From Octopus vulgaris (lineage: Eukaryota), in the NCBI GenBank assembly GCA_951406725.2, contig OX597814.1, positions 222,084,001-222,148,000 of the forward strand: a stretch of DNA of 64,000 nucleotides. Reading direction: 5' to 3'. The notes under the pieces were generated by a model. The model saw only the letters and a program-made list of their open reading frames with translations, searched no databases and was not told where the DNA came from. The position numbers and the translations under genes are program-made. The first letter of the stretch is position 1; each line of letters opens with the position of its first letter. This document shows, in pieces, positions 41,681 to 56,601 of the stretch.

Positions 41681-41717
41681 ATATCTGAAGAAGGAATTTT
41701 ATTCCGAAATATCATAT
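41681..41717 (+). ncRNA. Minimal type I hammerhead motif
   Basis: ATAT-CTGAAGA-a-GGAAT(ttt)ATTCC-GAAA-T-ATC-ATAT; core intact, helix III reduced to the palindrome ATAT. Confidence 0.6.
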
Positions 41718-42164
41718 CAGACTATGGATGACATAATTACAACAGCTATATAGTCCATTGTCTGCATCATAGTGCACTGTTGTACCATCCAAAACTTCTT
41801 ATTCTTTATATTGATATACTTGAATTCGCCAAAGGATGAAATCTTGATTATCATCAACGTCTCATCCATATTCCTGAAGGCAGAATAGATGACGAGACAG
41901 AATAAAAATAATGGAATTGAAACATTTGCGCTTATATCAGTTATAAACTCAATTCCGTTCAGCAGTATTTCGGTTATTCTCCTTTTTTTTCTCTTTTTTT
42001 TTCTGGAACTTCATTATAATTATCTACGAAATAAGTACAGGGGCCAATCTAATGAAATACACCATCTCATAAAACTTTAAGCGTTTGTGATAGATGCAGC
42101 TGCTATTATTGTCATCAACGTCGTTGTTGTTGTTGTTGTTGTTGTTTTTGTTTTTGTTAATGCG

Positions 42165-42372
42165 TCGATCTAGCGGATTTCTTCGCGTGTCAGTCAAAAA
42201 GCTTAGCGCTATTTCGCCCGTGTTTAGGTTCTGAGTTCAAATTCCGCCGAGGTCGACTTAGCCTTTCATCATATGGGGGTCGATGAAATAGATACTAATT
42301 ACGCACTGGGGTCAATGAAATCGACTATCCTCCTCCCCCAAATTTCAGGCCTTGTGCCTATAATAGAAAGGT
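42165..42372 (+). mobile_element. SINE family A
   Basis: gttctgagttcaaattccgccgaggtcgac core; (CTT)n(ATT)n tail. Confidence 0.85.
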
Positions 42373-42386
42373 TTCTTCTTCTTCTT

Positions 42387-42461
<75 letters not shown>

Positions 42462-42462
<1 letters not shown>

Positions 42463-43493
42463 TATATTTGAGTTTTGCTTTATAATTGTACAAGTTGCTC
42501 CAAGTCTCACCCAGAGACCTCAAGAGACAACAGGCTGGAAGTTCATGTTGTTGTTATGCCTAGTGTGCCATATATTGGGGGGGAGGGGAGTTTTTGGTGT
42601 TGTACTAATGAATGTCTAAAAAAAAACCGATATTTATGTTTGTTTTAAACCTTGAGATTACATAGAAAGTATTTTGCGTAGGATATGAGCAGTTCCCATG
42701 AGCACTATCTTTTGAATTTCTGCCATTTTTGGGTTTCCTGCTATCTGAGTTTGGTAGCTCTCAGCCCCTTTTGCTATCATTCCCAGAGCACCTATGACAA
42801 CAGGTATTGTTTTAGTCTTCAGGTTCCACATTTTGCTGATTTCTATTTCAAGATCTTTATATTTGCTCTGTTTTTGGTAGGTCTTGACATATACGTTTAT
42901 ATCGATTGGGACAGTCATATCAATGAGGAGGCATGTTCTTTGTTTGAAGTCTTTCAATATGATGTCTGGCCTATTTGCATCTATCTTTCTGTCAGTTTGA
43001 ATGGGAAAGTTCCAGAGGAGTGAGATGTGGTCATTTTCAAGCACTGGGGGTGGTTTGTGTTCCCACCAGTTTTTTTCATGGGGCAAATCCAGGTTTTTGC
43101 AGATTACCCAGTGAATATATTGTGCAGCTCTATCGTGTCTGTTGAGATACTCTGTAGGCGTTAGAAGACTGCACTTGGAGACCACATGGTCAATGGTTTC
43201 ATTTTGTTGCTGGCATACACGACACGTTGGACTGCTTCTGATCTTTAATATGTTGGCCTGGTAGTTTCTTGTTGGTAGGCATTGATCTTGAGCTGCTATG
43301 ATAAACACCTCTGTTTCAGATTTTAAGCCAGAGGCCATTAGCCATTGATGGGTCAGGGCTTTGTCAACATCTGCATTATTTGCTCTCTTTGGGTATTTGC
43401 CATAGAGAGGTTTTTCTTGCCATTTATCATTCAGAATATCTAAGGCCGCAGATTTAGCACGGGTTTTCATGCGCTTAGCTTTTTCTGTGCCTT
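42462..43493 (-). mobile_element. 5'-truncated R4/Dong-type retrotransposon: CCHC zinc knuckle, restriction-like endonuclease, 3' UTR
   Basis: Uninterrupted frame to the stop at 42658: KPLYGKY, SETE..AAQDQ.LPTRNY, CRVC..H..C, RHD, RPDI..ID..P..K..KY, PVVIGALG; (TAA)n on both sides. Confidence 0.92.
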
Positions 43494-43519
43494 TATTATT
43501 ATTATTATTATTATTATTA

Positions 43520-43629
<110 letters not shown>

Positions 43630-44198
43630 GAGTGAGAGAGCAGTGCATGTCATCAAGGTGACACTGGGGTAAAATATGCGAAGTCCAGTATACCCATCAT
43701 GACTACCCGTCTGATAAGAGTACACTAGGCACATACATCACAACCATATGTGCGCGACATGGTGATCTCATATCAAGATAAACAGAGCATGACCTTGCAG
43801 GTGAGGCCCAGTTAGAATTTATTTTCCTCTGGTCGAGTAGCCCACCCCGTTCAAAAGGTCCCTGAATAAGGATTGTTTAAGGATGTTGAACAAACCACGC
43901 ATGTTTCCAAAGGTGAATTATCCAAAATTCCAAGAATTCCTTTCAACACACGGCTATAATGATGCCCGCCCCCACACTACTTCTGCTCGTGGTCAGAGAT
44001 GCACATATCGTCAGCCACTAAGGGACATGCTCAACTGGTTATGGTCAAACAATTGACAAGCAAATCTGTGGTATTGAGCAGAATATTTGCTGTAGCCCAT
44101 CTTTTATACCAAGACAAAATAATGTACATGATAATACTTCCAATCAGTTAAGATCAGAAGCTATGAGAGCCACTCTCTGGTACTGCATCATGGCTTTT
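43630..44198 (-). mobile_element. TAA-associated non-coding retroposon, apparently full length
   Basis: Ends ctctctcactc(AAT)n; four copies in the window. Confidence 0.85.
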
Positions 44199-44237
44199 AT
44201 CCTCCTCCTCATCATCACTATTATTATTATTATTATT

Positions 44238-44393
44238 CAGTAGTTTTATTTTTATAGCGTGCTTTCACTTCACTACCGAGCACAGCTCTGTGTGCCTTGG
44301 GTATGTGCTGTGATTTGTTGTGATGCTCTCATGGTTATTGTATGGAAAGTGTTCTGCGTAGGATGTGTGCAGTGCCTAGTAGTGCAATTTTCT

Positions 44394-44394
<1 letters not shown>
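44238..44394 (-). mobile_element. Extreme 3' fragment of another R4/Dong family
   Basis: QKIALLGTAHILRRTLSIQ* plus a different 3' UTR, inside (TAA)n. Confidence 0.85.
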
Positions 44395-44439
<45 letters not shown>

Positions 44440-44449
44440 CATTATTATC

Positions 44450-44500
<51 letters not shown>

Positions 44501-44502
44501 AA

Positions 44503-44579
<77 letters not shown>

Positions 44580-44581
44580 AA

Positions 44582-44629
<48 letters not shown>

Positions 44630-44735
44630 CATTATTATTATTATCATTATTATTATTATTATTGTCATTATTATTATTATCATTATTATTATTATCATTA
44701 TTATTATTATCATTATTATTATTATCATTATTATC

Positions 44736-44792
<57 letters not shown>

Positions 44793-44796
44793 AATA

Positions 44797-44854
<58 letters not shown>

Positions 44855-44857
44855 AAA

Positions 44858-44907
<50 letters not shown>
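44395..44907. repeat. (ATT/ATC)n microsatellite
   Basis: Direct reading. Confidence 0.95.
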
Positions 44908-44909
<2 letters not shown>

Positions 44910-45688
44910 CATTATTGCTTTTGGCACCATCTTTACTTCACAGTCATCAGTATTTACTGAAGAGCATTCATATAAATAGGTCCTTCAAATTATTACTACC
45001 ACCACAACTACAGCCACCGCAACCAACAGTGCCACCAACACCTCGGTCATTATTGTATTCGCCGCAGTCGATTTTAACGCTAATATTAGTAGTAAATTCT
45101 CAGACTTCCCATAAACGTTCTCAAACAACTACCAAGAAAATGTAGCAATATTCATGTTTACTGACCGTGATTCTTTTATGATTCAACAAAATTCATGACC
45201 ACAGTTAAAACATGACTCTATTTCTTTGCAGACAAACTTTGGCAGTGTTTGCCAACAAACGTTGATGTGAATAACGAGTCGTTAAGAGAAGTGGTCAAAA
45301 TAATTGAGCGTGAGGCACCGAGAGAGGGAGACAAAGGGAGTTAAGGAGATAAAACTCAGAAAGGATAATGGTGAAGAAATTATGTTTGTGGATGGCAGAG
45401 AGAAATAAAAAAAAAAAACAGAGAGTGAGTGGGGAGAGAAGGTGTGATAGAAATAATACACCCTTGGGCAGAAACAGTGTGTGCGTGTAACACAGTGAGA
45501 TAGGAAAACGGAAAATATTATGTGATTGAATGACTTAGTAGCGAAGTGAGTCTATGAATCTCGTTCAGTGTACATGTGTTTTTGCGTGTATGCGACGCGC
45601 TTGTGAAGTTTGTATATGTGTGTGCACGAGATTATGTGAGTGCTGTGTGTGGATACTTTGTAATAAGTTATAAGTTGTAAGATATAAT

Positions 45689-45730
<42 letters not shown>

Positions 45731-47192
45731 GAGAAAAGTGAGAGAGAGTGAGAGAAAATGAAAGAGAGAAATAGAGAGACCTGTCTGTGAGTAGGCGGAG
45801 ACAAGCAAGATAAAGAATAAATGAGAAGAATAGAGAAAATGAAAGATAAGAACATGGTAAGGAAGCAGTTGGAGGTGGAGGGGAATAACATGTTGTACAA
45901 AGCGAAATAAGAATTTCGCTCGATCCATCTTGGATTTATGTATCTTACCATATATACGTGTGTGTGCGATGAGACAAACAGAGAGAGAAAGAGAGAGGGG
46001 TAAGTGGGGGGGAGTGAGTGAAAGAGAGAATGAATGAAGGAGAGAAAATGAAAGAAGGACAGAAAGAGGAAAGCAAGAAAAAACAAACGGAAATGTGTAT
46101 ACGTATATATATTTTGATGGCGCTCATATATTAGAGGAGAATGTAAAATCGTGTTTGTGTCTTCGCGAAATGTGTGTGGGTGTAAGAATTAGAGGCAATC
46201 AAATAACAAATAACTGAAATAAAATGAACTGATTTTATCTCATAAAATAAAGTGCGAAGAGGTGTATGAGTTGAATCCATATTGTATGGTCTGTAGGTGT
46301 AAGAATAAAACAGAGGGGGAAAAAGTTATTCATAAATTATTCGTAAATTCATTCTATAATGAAAGGACTACCATACTGCAGTTCCAACAGAAAGTAGCTA
46401 TTGAATAAATCGTAATTTATTCAATAGTCCATATGCAGTCTCGCTATGAAATACGCCTCCGAGAATTCTCGTTTCGGCACCTTGGGATGAGGAATGACAG
46501 GATTGATTTCATTGTTACTTAACAATACTTCCAGAAATCATCTCAATTCAAAGTGCCCATACAAGATTTTGGCAGGATAATATGTACTACAAACGGTGCA
46601 CCCAAGAAAATGCAATGTTGCTAAAATTCCTTTTTTCTCTCTCTTTTAATGAATATGCTAAAGAATTCGATTTATCATCATTTTCATTCTAAAGTTAAGG
46701 ATATTTGAAATGTAATTCTCAAATTTGTTACATTATATTAAAGAGTTACTTTATGATATTAACTTCCTTCTGTTGCTAAAGTTGTTAATAGCGAGACGTT
46801 CAAACCTGTTCTAGGTGATGTTAGGTGTAGGTTGTTAATACGATTTATATTTAAGTTTGTTGGAAGAATAAACCTAGAAGGCATATAGAGTCCGAATAAC
46901 ATGAATGAGTAACATTGAAGGTTGATGAACCGAAAGCAATTACAAAAATAGTAGAAAGACCCGCAGGTTAATACACACATACATACTGAGGTTAATTAAG
47001 AGCGTCTAAATGATTACATGCACTGCTAGAAATAGTAGTCTATTACGTTTTTAATTATATAGTATCATCTTCAAACATATTACACACAAACTCTATTATC
47101 TCCCCCCAAAAACGTATGATTGCAATTTAAATACTTCGATATAAATTCCCCTCGATGAGGTAACAAAAACAATGCACCTTCATATTACTTAC

Positions 47193-47424
47193 CGGCATTG
47201 TAAAATATTCTGAATCCTGGAGCGTCATGGTTGGCATCTGTTATAAAAACCAAACTCACATTGTTTGTCTTCGTTATAATCTCCTTAGTGTGCGCACCTG
47301 CACAGAATGTTTCCAGCCCATTGCCTGGTACTCGCTCTTGAAGTAAGAGCCGATCGTTCCGTGAACTACAAGGATCTCCAACTGGGTAACCAAGATCGAA
47401 ATGGGTAAACCAAAGGCGGACGAC
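47193..47424 (-). CDS. Exon encoding the C-terminal part of a CUB domain
   Basis: tttcag acceptor and G|GTAAGT donor; VVRLWFTHFDLG..C..DRLLL..FCAG..TKTNNVSLVFITD..APGFRIFY; phase-1 end joins the 29077 exon in frame. Confidence 0.9.
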
Positions 47425-48949
47425 CTGAAAATAATAGGAAATAAAGGAATTGAAAACAAATCTGCAGTCAGTCATAGTATACATATCAACATCACCAACA
47501 AGTACCAACTTTAAACTTCCCTACGTAATCAATCAAACTACTACAAAAAGCAGCTAAATAACCTTTAAATTATACACAAATTTTGGGCAGACGTATACTG
47601 TATACTGAAGTCTTAGATACACAACAACCAAGAGAGATTACAGTGGCCATAACTAAACGCCTTTTCTCGTAATTTTTTAGTCAGTGTTGATTTGCTGTTA
47701 AAGGAAAATGATATTTTGCCAATATTATCCATAGAGCTTTGAAATTTCTTATTCTGGTCAATGAGAATCGCTACATTATATTTCCTATGTGAACATTATG
47801 TAAGATTGTCTGAGAAAATATAAATTAGATTTATGCTTATAAGCAGACCTGGTTACCCCTAAAAATTTAACTTATGGAAGTCCGAAATATGTAGCTGATT
47901 AATGTGATATTGTCTCTCGAGGAAAAATTAACATATTAATATTGCTTTCATTTATTTTCTGCGTACCTGAAAACAGACAGTGATAACTCATTTATCGTAG
48001 AGACAACCTTATTGATGACACAACCTATTTAATCAATGTTGTTATTATGGATATTATTTATACCCAGATTAGAAATCCAAGGAATAGAGGAAACCAGTGG
48101 CCTTATGCATACCAAGTGTGACCATCAATCTTTTCTTATACCTAAGAATATTGTCCAATATCTTTACAACGGTGGGGTACGATTTGTAAGTAACGTTGCC
48201 GCTAGTAATAAAAATATATCACAGTAAAATAGTGAGATATTTGTCAAATTACATCACTGTACATAGATATTCTGAACGTCTACAAAACTGTGAGTGGTGC
48301 TGAAAATACCTGGCGCTTTGAAAGTGAAATATCTATCTGATTTTGATTAATAGTTGCATATATTTATCCTTAATTAAAACGCAATGGAGGAAAAGGGCAA
48401 CGCGTTACAGTTCCTAATTATCTTTACCGGGATATTTGATGTAGAATTTAATGCATTTATTAGATTCTTCATTAGGAATCAAAATTCTCGTGATTGTTGA
48501 AACCGGATAAGCTTCAATGGAAAATAGAGTGGTAATGATATGCAATTGATATTCATATATACATAATCAACGGTGAGAGGTAACCATTGACATTCCTATT
48601 AATAATTTGGATTTTACTAATGCAGTGTCTTTCATTATAGACTTCTTAACGGACATAAATTCATTCACTTTTAGCCTTCAAACACACACATAAACGAGTT
48701 GAATCACAGGCTTTCCATAGATTCATAGTTGCACACACGGACACACCATCACTAAGGGAAAGACACAGACATACAGAGTAGATTAATCTTCTTGCAATAA
48801 GACTATATTTCACACGCGGTCACATCTTCGAATCAGCAACGTATATACATGACTGCATTGCAGCTAATTATATATTTAATCGTTCTAAAATCTCTTCAAT
48901 CTACTATATTCAAATTCCGTCTCTTTAATTGTATATTTCTTGTATTTGT

Positions 48950-49044
48950 TCATCATCATCATCATCATCATCACCACCATAACAACCACCACCACCACCA
49001 ACAACACCACCACCAACAACAACAGCAACACCACCACCACCACC

Positions 49045-49075
<31 letters not shown>

Positions 49076-49230
49076 CCACCACCACCAACACCACCACCAC
49101 CAACACCACCACCACCACCACCACCACCAACACCACCATCACCACCACCACCAACACCACCACCACCATCTTCTTATTCTTCTCCTCCTCCTTCTTCTTC
49201 CATCTGAGCTCCTCCTCTTCCTACTCCTTC
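48950..49230. repeat. (CAT/CAC/CAA)n and (CTT/CTC)n trinucleotide arrays
   Basis: Direct reading. Confidence 0.9.
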
Positions 49231-50139
49231 TTTATCTTGCCGTCATCGACGATAATGTCGATGGAAATAACAGTTGTGGTGATACGAGGAATTGGCAAAA
49301 CACGAAGAATAACCATTTAAAAAAAAACAAAATACAAAAAAAAAACATTGACAATGTTTCCGGAGATTAGCTTTGGAATTCGATCAATCCATGCCATTAC
49401 CACATGAAAAAGAGTATTGTTTATCTCTATCACGAAATTATTTTCCGTCCTTGACTGAACATACTATTGAACAAAGAACCAGGAAGATGTCAACCATTCT
49501 ATCTCTCAAAGTGTGGTGAGACGTTCAATCTGCCTTCAAAACTGTGAAGAAAGGAATCCCTGGCCGAAGTGTTGTGCGATTTGGTTCCCAACCAAACAGG
49601 GCAAGATATGCGGGAGTGTACGCATCGGTACACAAGCTTTTTTTTGTTCCTGTGAATATATAAGAAAACAAATACCTGTATGTGGATGGGATATACTAAA
49701 TGTTTTCAGGTGGTTTCGTAAAGTATACCCTTTTATAATTGCTTTTATAATTGGCTCCAAAGAAAAGGGCGATGTTAATCGCCGAGGAGGTCCTAGTCTG
49801 TAGAAACATCGGGATTTGATTGTCCTCTGGTGGCACTTTCCATCATCAGCTTTACGGAGATTTTGTTCTTCAAGTCGAAAATCTATTATTCTTTTCAGAT
49901 ATGCGGTAGGTTTTTACGACATAACGTTTTCATGATATTACTTCATTCCTTATGCTACATAAATTGTCGTTGTCGTCGTCGTCATCCTCATCATCATCAT
50001 CATCCATATCATTATTGTTGTTCTTTTTGTTATTACTGTTCTTATTATTCAATATTTCGTTTACATCATTTATGTAGACATAATATGATAGATAAATCTC
50101 CTCGAAGTAGTAAAACGGACACGGTTTCTATTTCCAGAT

Positions 50140-51117
50140 TAATCAGTTTCAGGTGGATGAGGAATTTTTTCCCAACAAAGCTCTTCGATCTTCTGTGATG
50201 TGATCTTTGCAGTGTGGGATCGCGCATTGTCCTGACGTAACATCACCCCTTTTCGATTTACTAAAGCGGGTCTTCTCTTCTTCAGAACTTGGTTCAAACG
50301 CTCTAATTGCTGACAGTAGACTTGAGTATCGTATTGCATTAGGTGGTAACAATTCAAAGTGAATTACTACTTTGTAATCCCACCAGATAGAGAGAAGAAC
50401 CTTTCTCCCATGAATTTTTCTTCCCAGTTGTGGTTTAGCTTTTTCCCTTTTACCAAGCCACTGTTTACGACGTTTAACATTTTGACAGAAGACCCATCTT
50501 TCGTCACCAGTCACAAGTCCATCCAAAAAGAGTGAAATCAGTTCGCGAGAATGAAAAGAAGAGCAGATGTTAACTCAGGATTTGCGATTGCTTTCGGACA
50601 ATTTATGAGGCACCCATTTTCCAAGTTTAGGAACCTTTCCAAGTTGTTGAAGGTGACGATGAACTGTTGTATGGTAATGATAATGCAGGATTTTCTTCAA
50701 GTAATGCCTCAAGGAGCTTATCATGAAACTCGACTGGACGTCCTGTTCGATCTTCATCGTCAAGGCTGAAATCTCCAATTCTGAATTTTGCAAACCATTT
50801 CTGCAAGTACTTTCATTCAAGCATTCTTTCCCATAAACTAAACGTATGTTTCGAGTCGCTTCAGCTGCAGAGTTTCCTTTTTTGTACTCATAAAGATTTA
50901 TGTGCCTCAAATGCCATTTGGATACTTCCATGTTAGAAAGTGTTTTCATCAAAGAAATTTTGATTCTATTATTCTGTAAAATAATATTTAATTAGTTTAA
51001 ATGTACACAAATGCATAAAAATAATTTTTAATTCCATTAGACATTCTAAAATACTATTAAATTTCATTCAATTTTTAAAAGGGTAAAAACGGACAGAACT
51101 TATGGGATGACCTGATA
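50140..51117 (-). mobile_element. Mariner transposon, frameshifted and 3'-truncated
   Basis: TIR tatcaggtcatcccataagttctgtccgtttt; WVPHKLSE, LVTGDERWV, KVLLSIWWD, QDNARSHTA and IPHPP motifs. Confidence 0.9.
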
Positions 51118-51316
51118 TTTTGCTGCTTTAATTAAATGAAAGTACACTGTCTGAAATTTAATAAAATACAGTCAGATTTTACGCGGAAGGATTTCAAGAA
51201 AAATCTAGTATTTACAGTTTTCCTATACGCTCATATGATTCATCGATATGATTCATTCCTGTATATACGTATGCAAACACGCCCAGGTATATATGTATAT
51301 GGGTGTGTGTGTGTGT

Positions 51317-51371
<55 letters not shown>

Positions 51372-51442
51372 GTAAATATATATATGTGTGTGTGTATATA
51401 TAGAAATGTGTGTATGTGTGAATAGATATACATAAGTGTGTG

Positions 51443-51486
<44 letters not shown>

Positions 51487-51732
51487 TATATATATACATA
51501 TATTTATAGTAGTGTAATGAATATATGATATACATTATACAATTATGTACATCTACATGCATATCAAAGCTTGTGTGTGCGCGCGCGTGTATGGGTTTAT
51601 CTGAGTGCGTGTGTATAAGTGTGAATTGAAATATATATATATATATATTTCAATTCACACTTATACACACGCACTAGCATATATATATATATATATTCAA
51701 TTCACACTTATACACACGCACTCGCATACACT

Positions 51733-51784
<52 letters not shown>

Positions 51785-52230
51785 TATATTCATATATATT
51801 TATATATATACGTATTAAGATATTGAATTTTCTCGTTCTTTTAATGTTCTCTTCAAACGCTTTGATATCAGCAAAGCTGTGGGTAAAACCAGCTGTGCTT
51901 CTAATATCGTATCAGTTCAATAATTTCAACGTTCGTCGCATTTGATACTGAAGCAAGGACGGTTTCACCCATCTTGTAAGATGTACCCTGCAGCAAAATA
52001 CAATGAGAAATGTAATCTAAATCAGGAAATAAAAGAATGAAAAATAATCACACTAAATTTTTTTTGAAAATAGTAAATCAATGCGCGTTTTCTCTTCAGA
52101 AGTATTTCCTTTAATCTTGGTGAAATACATACACAATATTGGATAATGCATTTTTACATTATAATTCTCGATGTAGACATAACTCACACCCATGTGCGGA
52201 TATGAGAGACTTTGACAGATACATGGTACT

Positions 52231-52332
<102 letters not shown>

Positions 52333-52464
52333 TTATACATGTATATGTATATATATATATATATATATATGTACAGACACACATACACACATATATGTAT
52401 GTAAATGTATATATAGGTGTCTATATGTGTATTATACACACACACCCATATGTATTTAACATAA

Positions 52465-52856
52465 GTTTCAAATTTTGGTACAAGTCCACCAATTTTGTGG
52501 GAGGGGCTAATTCGATTACAACTACTCGAGTGCTCAACTAGTTCATATTTTATCGACCACAAAATGATGAAATCTAATGTGGATTTCCGCTGGATTTCAA
52601 CTCAGACTATACATACATAATTATTTCTTTACTACCCACAAGGGGCTAAACACAGAGGGGGACAAACAAGGACAGACAAACAGATTAAGTCGGTTATATC
52701 GACCCCAGTGCGTAACTGGTACTTAATTTATCGACCCCGAAAGGATGAAAGGTAGAGTCGACCTCGGCGGAATTTGAACTCAGAACGTAATGCCAGACGA
52801 AATACGGCTACGCTTTTCGCCCGGCGTGCTAACGTTTCTGCCAGCTCGCCGCCTTA
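52465..52856 (-). mobile_element. Two adjacent family A SINEs (old 52465-52606; young 52622-52856)
   Basis: The young copy is flanked by the TSD tatacatacata. Confidence 0.88.
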
Positions 52857-52888
52857 TACATACATAGTATCATATTACATATGACATA

Positions 52889-52965
<77 letters not shown>

Positions 52966-54356
52966 CGCTATAGATACAGAGAGAAGAAGATAGAGTGTGA
53001 GAGCGTGAGGCGTGCGTGTATGTTGTACTTAGTCTTGGTGCCTCTTTGAAAGATGGACATCAGTACGAGTTGTATTCTTAGGGTGTCCAAGTGGCTTTAC
53101 TATGAGGCCATAGTTACTTTTTATTACTCTTTAGTAAATTATATTACTAAAAAATTAATATTACCCTCTTAGATATCGTTACTAAACTAGAGTGCTGGTT
53201 GATAGTTAGTTACCAACTTATCACATGATCTTCTTTGGGATTTGATCTCGGATATTTGTGTCTGTATTTGTGTATTTTAGAACTAGTATTACACTGTGTA
53301 CAGATAGTGTTTTAGAGAAGCAACAACTAATGACTGGAATTTAATTTCCGAATCTTTCAAGGAAACCATCGGTCGTATCGCATATTAACTCATTTCATAT
53401 TATAAGAGTTCGCTTTGAAATTGAGTGACATGAGTAAAAATGTGTCGGTTCAGTTTTGTGGTGGTTATATTAAGAGTTGGCATGATAAGATACTGCTACC
53501 CTGATGTCTTGTTCTATTGGATGTATGTACTGTCTCTGATTTAGATTTGATTTTTACGTCACAACTGTAGGATGTTTCCCGAATTTATACTAAAGACGGT
53601 GATGTTCATGTCCCATTGTACATCTGGTTTTTTTAATGCATATGCATATCAAGTCTATCGATAAAATGGTTACGATAGGTGTCGCTGTCTTGTGAAGTAT
53701 GTAATTAACATGTGTGCACATAAAAAGCTCTAAATCTATTGGTAATCACGCAATGTAGACATTCACTATTTCAAATATAAATATCTGTGTGAGACTCTGG
53801 TCTTTGAAATTACTGAGTGTCGTATTACATAAATAATTAACTGTGGGGAGAGAGAGGGAGAGAGAGAGAGAAAGGGAGAGAGATAGTGAGGCTGGAGACC
53901 TTTATGATAACACATTTTATTTTAATGTATTAACGGGTAAATTACAACTTTCTTTTTATTTATTTTCTTCTTAACAAAGTATATCACTTTATAAAATTAA
54001 TTCATTTACATTCATTCTGTAAGTAACACTACGGTTATATATATATATATATATATACTTGTCGTCTCCTGTGGCCAAGCACAACTTCATAAGCTAGCCC
54101 CATGCTCAATTCGTCCTGTCGAAAGACCCTTGTCCTACGTCCTGGTTTTGTTTGTTGTTTATTCTTTATACTTTATTTTTACCGTATTGTTTTACGTTTT
54201 GTATTCTTATTGTTGTCACGTATTTGTATTTTGTTCTGTCTTCGTTCGTTTCCGTCCTCGTGTTGTATACATTCACTTTCTTCAGGGATCTAATGCATAT
54301 TTCTGGCTATCCACTACGGTTAAGATGATCTATATATATGTCTGTATTATTTTACT

Positions 54357-54430
<74 letters not shown>

Positions 54431-54803
54431 CACTCATATTTACTTGTTTCGCTTCTTATATTTCGTTACTTTTACGTGATGCTATGATACTATTACCGTG
54501 ATACTGTGATACAATTAATTAAATGTGTGTAAGTATTTTTATATACTAGTAGTTGTGTGTGTAAGATACAAAAATAGTATATGAAAAATTCAAGTTTGAT
54601 ACGCATAATTATGCTTATATTTGCATATATATATTATACCCTTTCCTAGTATATTTTTAGGTTTAAAAGTAAGAGTGTTTTAATTAGCTGTACGTCAAGA
54701 TATTGTCACTTTCGTTGCTTAAATTTCATCTGTACACACCTGCTCACTGGGCCACCTACACATAAGCATAAGCTCACATATGTGTGCAAGTGTAATACGT
54801 GCG

Positions 54804-54876
<73 letters not shown>

Positions 54877-55467
54877 AGTGTTTTGTCCGTTTGCAATGGT
54901 ACACAATACGAAAACAAGAATAACACAGTAGTGAAATGTACTCTTGAGTGCTATGACGGGGACAGTCGCTTAAAGGGGCATAAAATACAGAGACAAGAAA
55001 GTGAGCCATTATACTTGTCTAATAGTTGCAGCTAACACAAAACTGTCTATCCCGAATATAACTGCAGTTAGTATGGGATCTCTTAGCATTTAAATTCCAT
55101 TATTTTACTACGTAAATCCACTTACCAGTGGAATGTATTCGCCCTATGTTTAGTTCGATAACTTGCCACCATATAAAGAATTCTGGCAGCAATCAATGAT
55201 CAAACTACAGTTCTACTTCGTTTGTATCAAACTGCATTTATAATTCTTGTGCTGCATATCGCTATGAAACAAATTTGACGCCAATCTTTATATTTTCCTC
55301 GATATCCTATCAAGATATAAGCGATGTTATATACATGCGCAGACACACACACACACATTCCTCAGTGTGTGTGTGCGTGCGTACATGTACTTGCATAAAG
55401 TGTTTATATATAATTCAGTAATTATATATATATATATATATTCATATAATATATACATGTATGTGTA

Positions 55468-55508
<41 letters not shown>

Positions 55509-56601
55509 CACACACAAACAAACACACATATACATGTACATATGTACATATACATGCATATTGTAAATCATTATATTAATACATATACATATTTCTCTGC
55601 ATGTGCAAGTGACGTAAATATATGAGTGTCTCTGCAGTAATTATATATATATATAATATAATATATTCATATAATATATATATGATTGTGTGTATATATA
55701 TATATGTCACATATATACTATGTGTATATATATACATACACACACACAAACAAATACATATATATATGTACATATGTACATATACATACAGGCATGTTGT
55801 ATATCATAATATTAATACATATAGATATTTCTCTGCATGTGCAGGTGACGTAAATACATGAGTGTCTCTGCGTGTGTGGAAATTATTCATAAGCATGCTA
55901 TATATGCATACATAGAGATCGCATGTTCTTATATTCTAGGATCACAGGTATGTAGTGCACTTCATGTTTGATTACATCTGCTATTTATAGTGGCATAGAT
56001 ACCTTGGCTCCCAGATAGTAAACATAAATATGGATTTTGCCATGATAATTCTCATTTCAAATGAAGTTAATTAATTTGTAATATTTGAAAGTGTAGGACG
56101 CCGTATAGATGAACTCGATAGATTAAGAATCCACCTTATTTTATCCAAACCAACAAATGTTTCTCAACCTGATAGTCTAACATTCAAGAAATAGTAACTA
56201 ACTCTCCCTTAAATATGTATATAAAAGGACACAGTATATAGGTTTTGATACAAATTCCATTCTAATAGCACAACTTTGTAGCCGATAAAGCTTTCCCAAT
56301 ATTACTTTCATCTTTATACTTAATCGATTTTACGGATTTCCCGAACCGGTTACACTTTGACTAACAATCAAAGAAAATGCCCGGTAAACATGTATCACAT
56401 CATATACGTATATTGATATCTTAAGCAGATATTATGCTTCATATGAAACGACACTGTGTAAATAATATATATTTCTTTCATAATCTTTAATCTCAGTAAT
56501 TTCAGCTTAAAATTTCAACTTTTTAAAAAAATTTCTATATCTAAGAGGTTTAAACACGACACACGTCACACGACGCACGATGCTTTTAGTTTTATTTGTT
56601 A

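Noticed and set aside
48849-49370. Poly-His ORF
   Set aside because: Trinucleotide repeat with no splice or domain support
55120-55260. Strong GTAAGT donor as a possible CUB-gene exon
   Set aside because: No convincing reading frame or CUB motif
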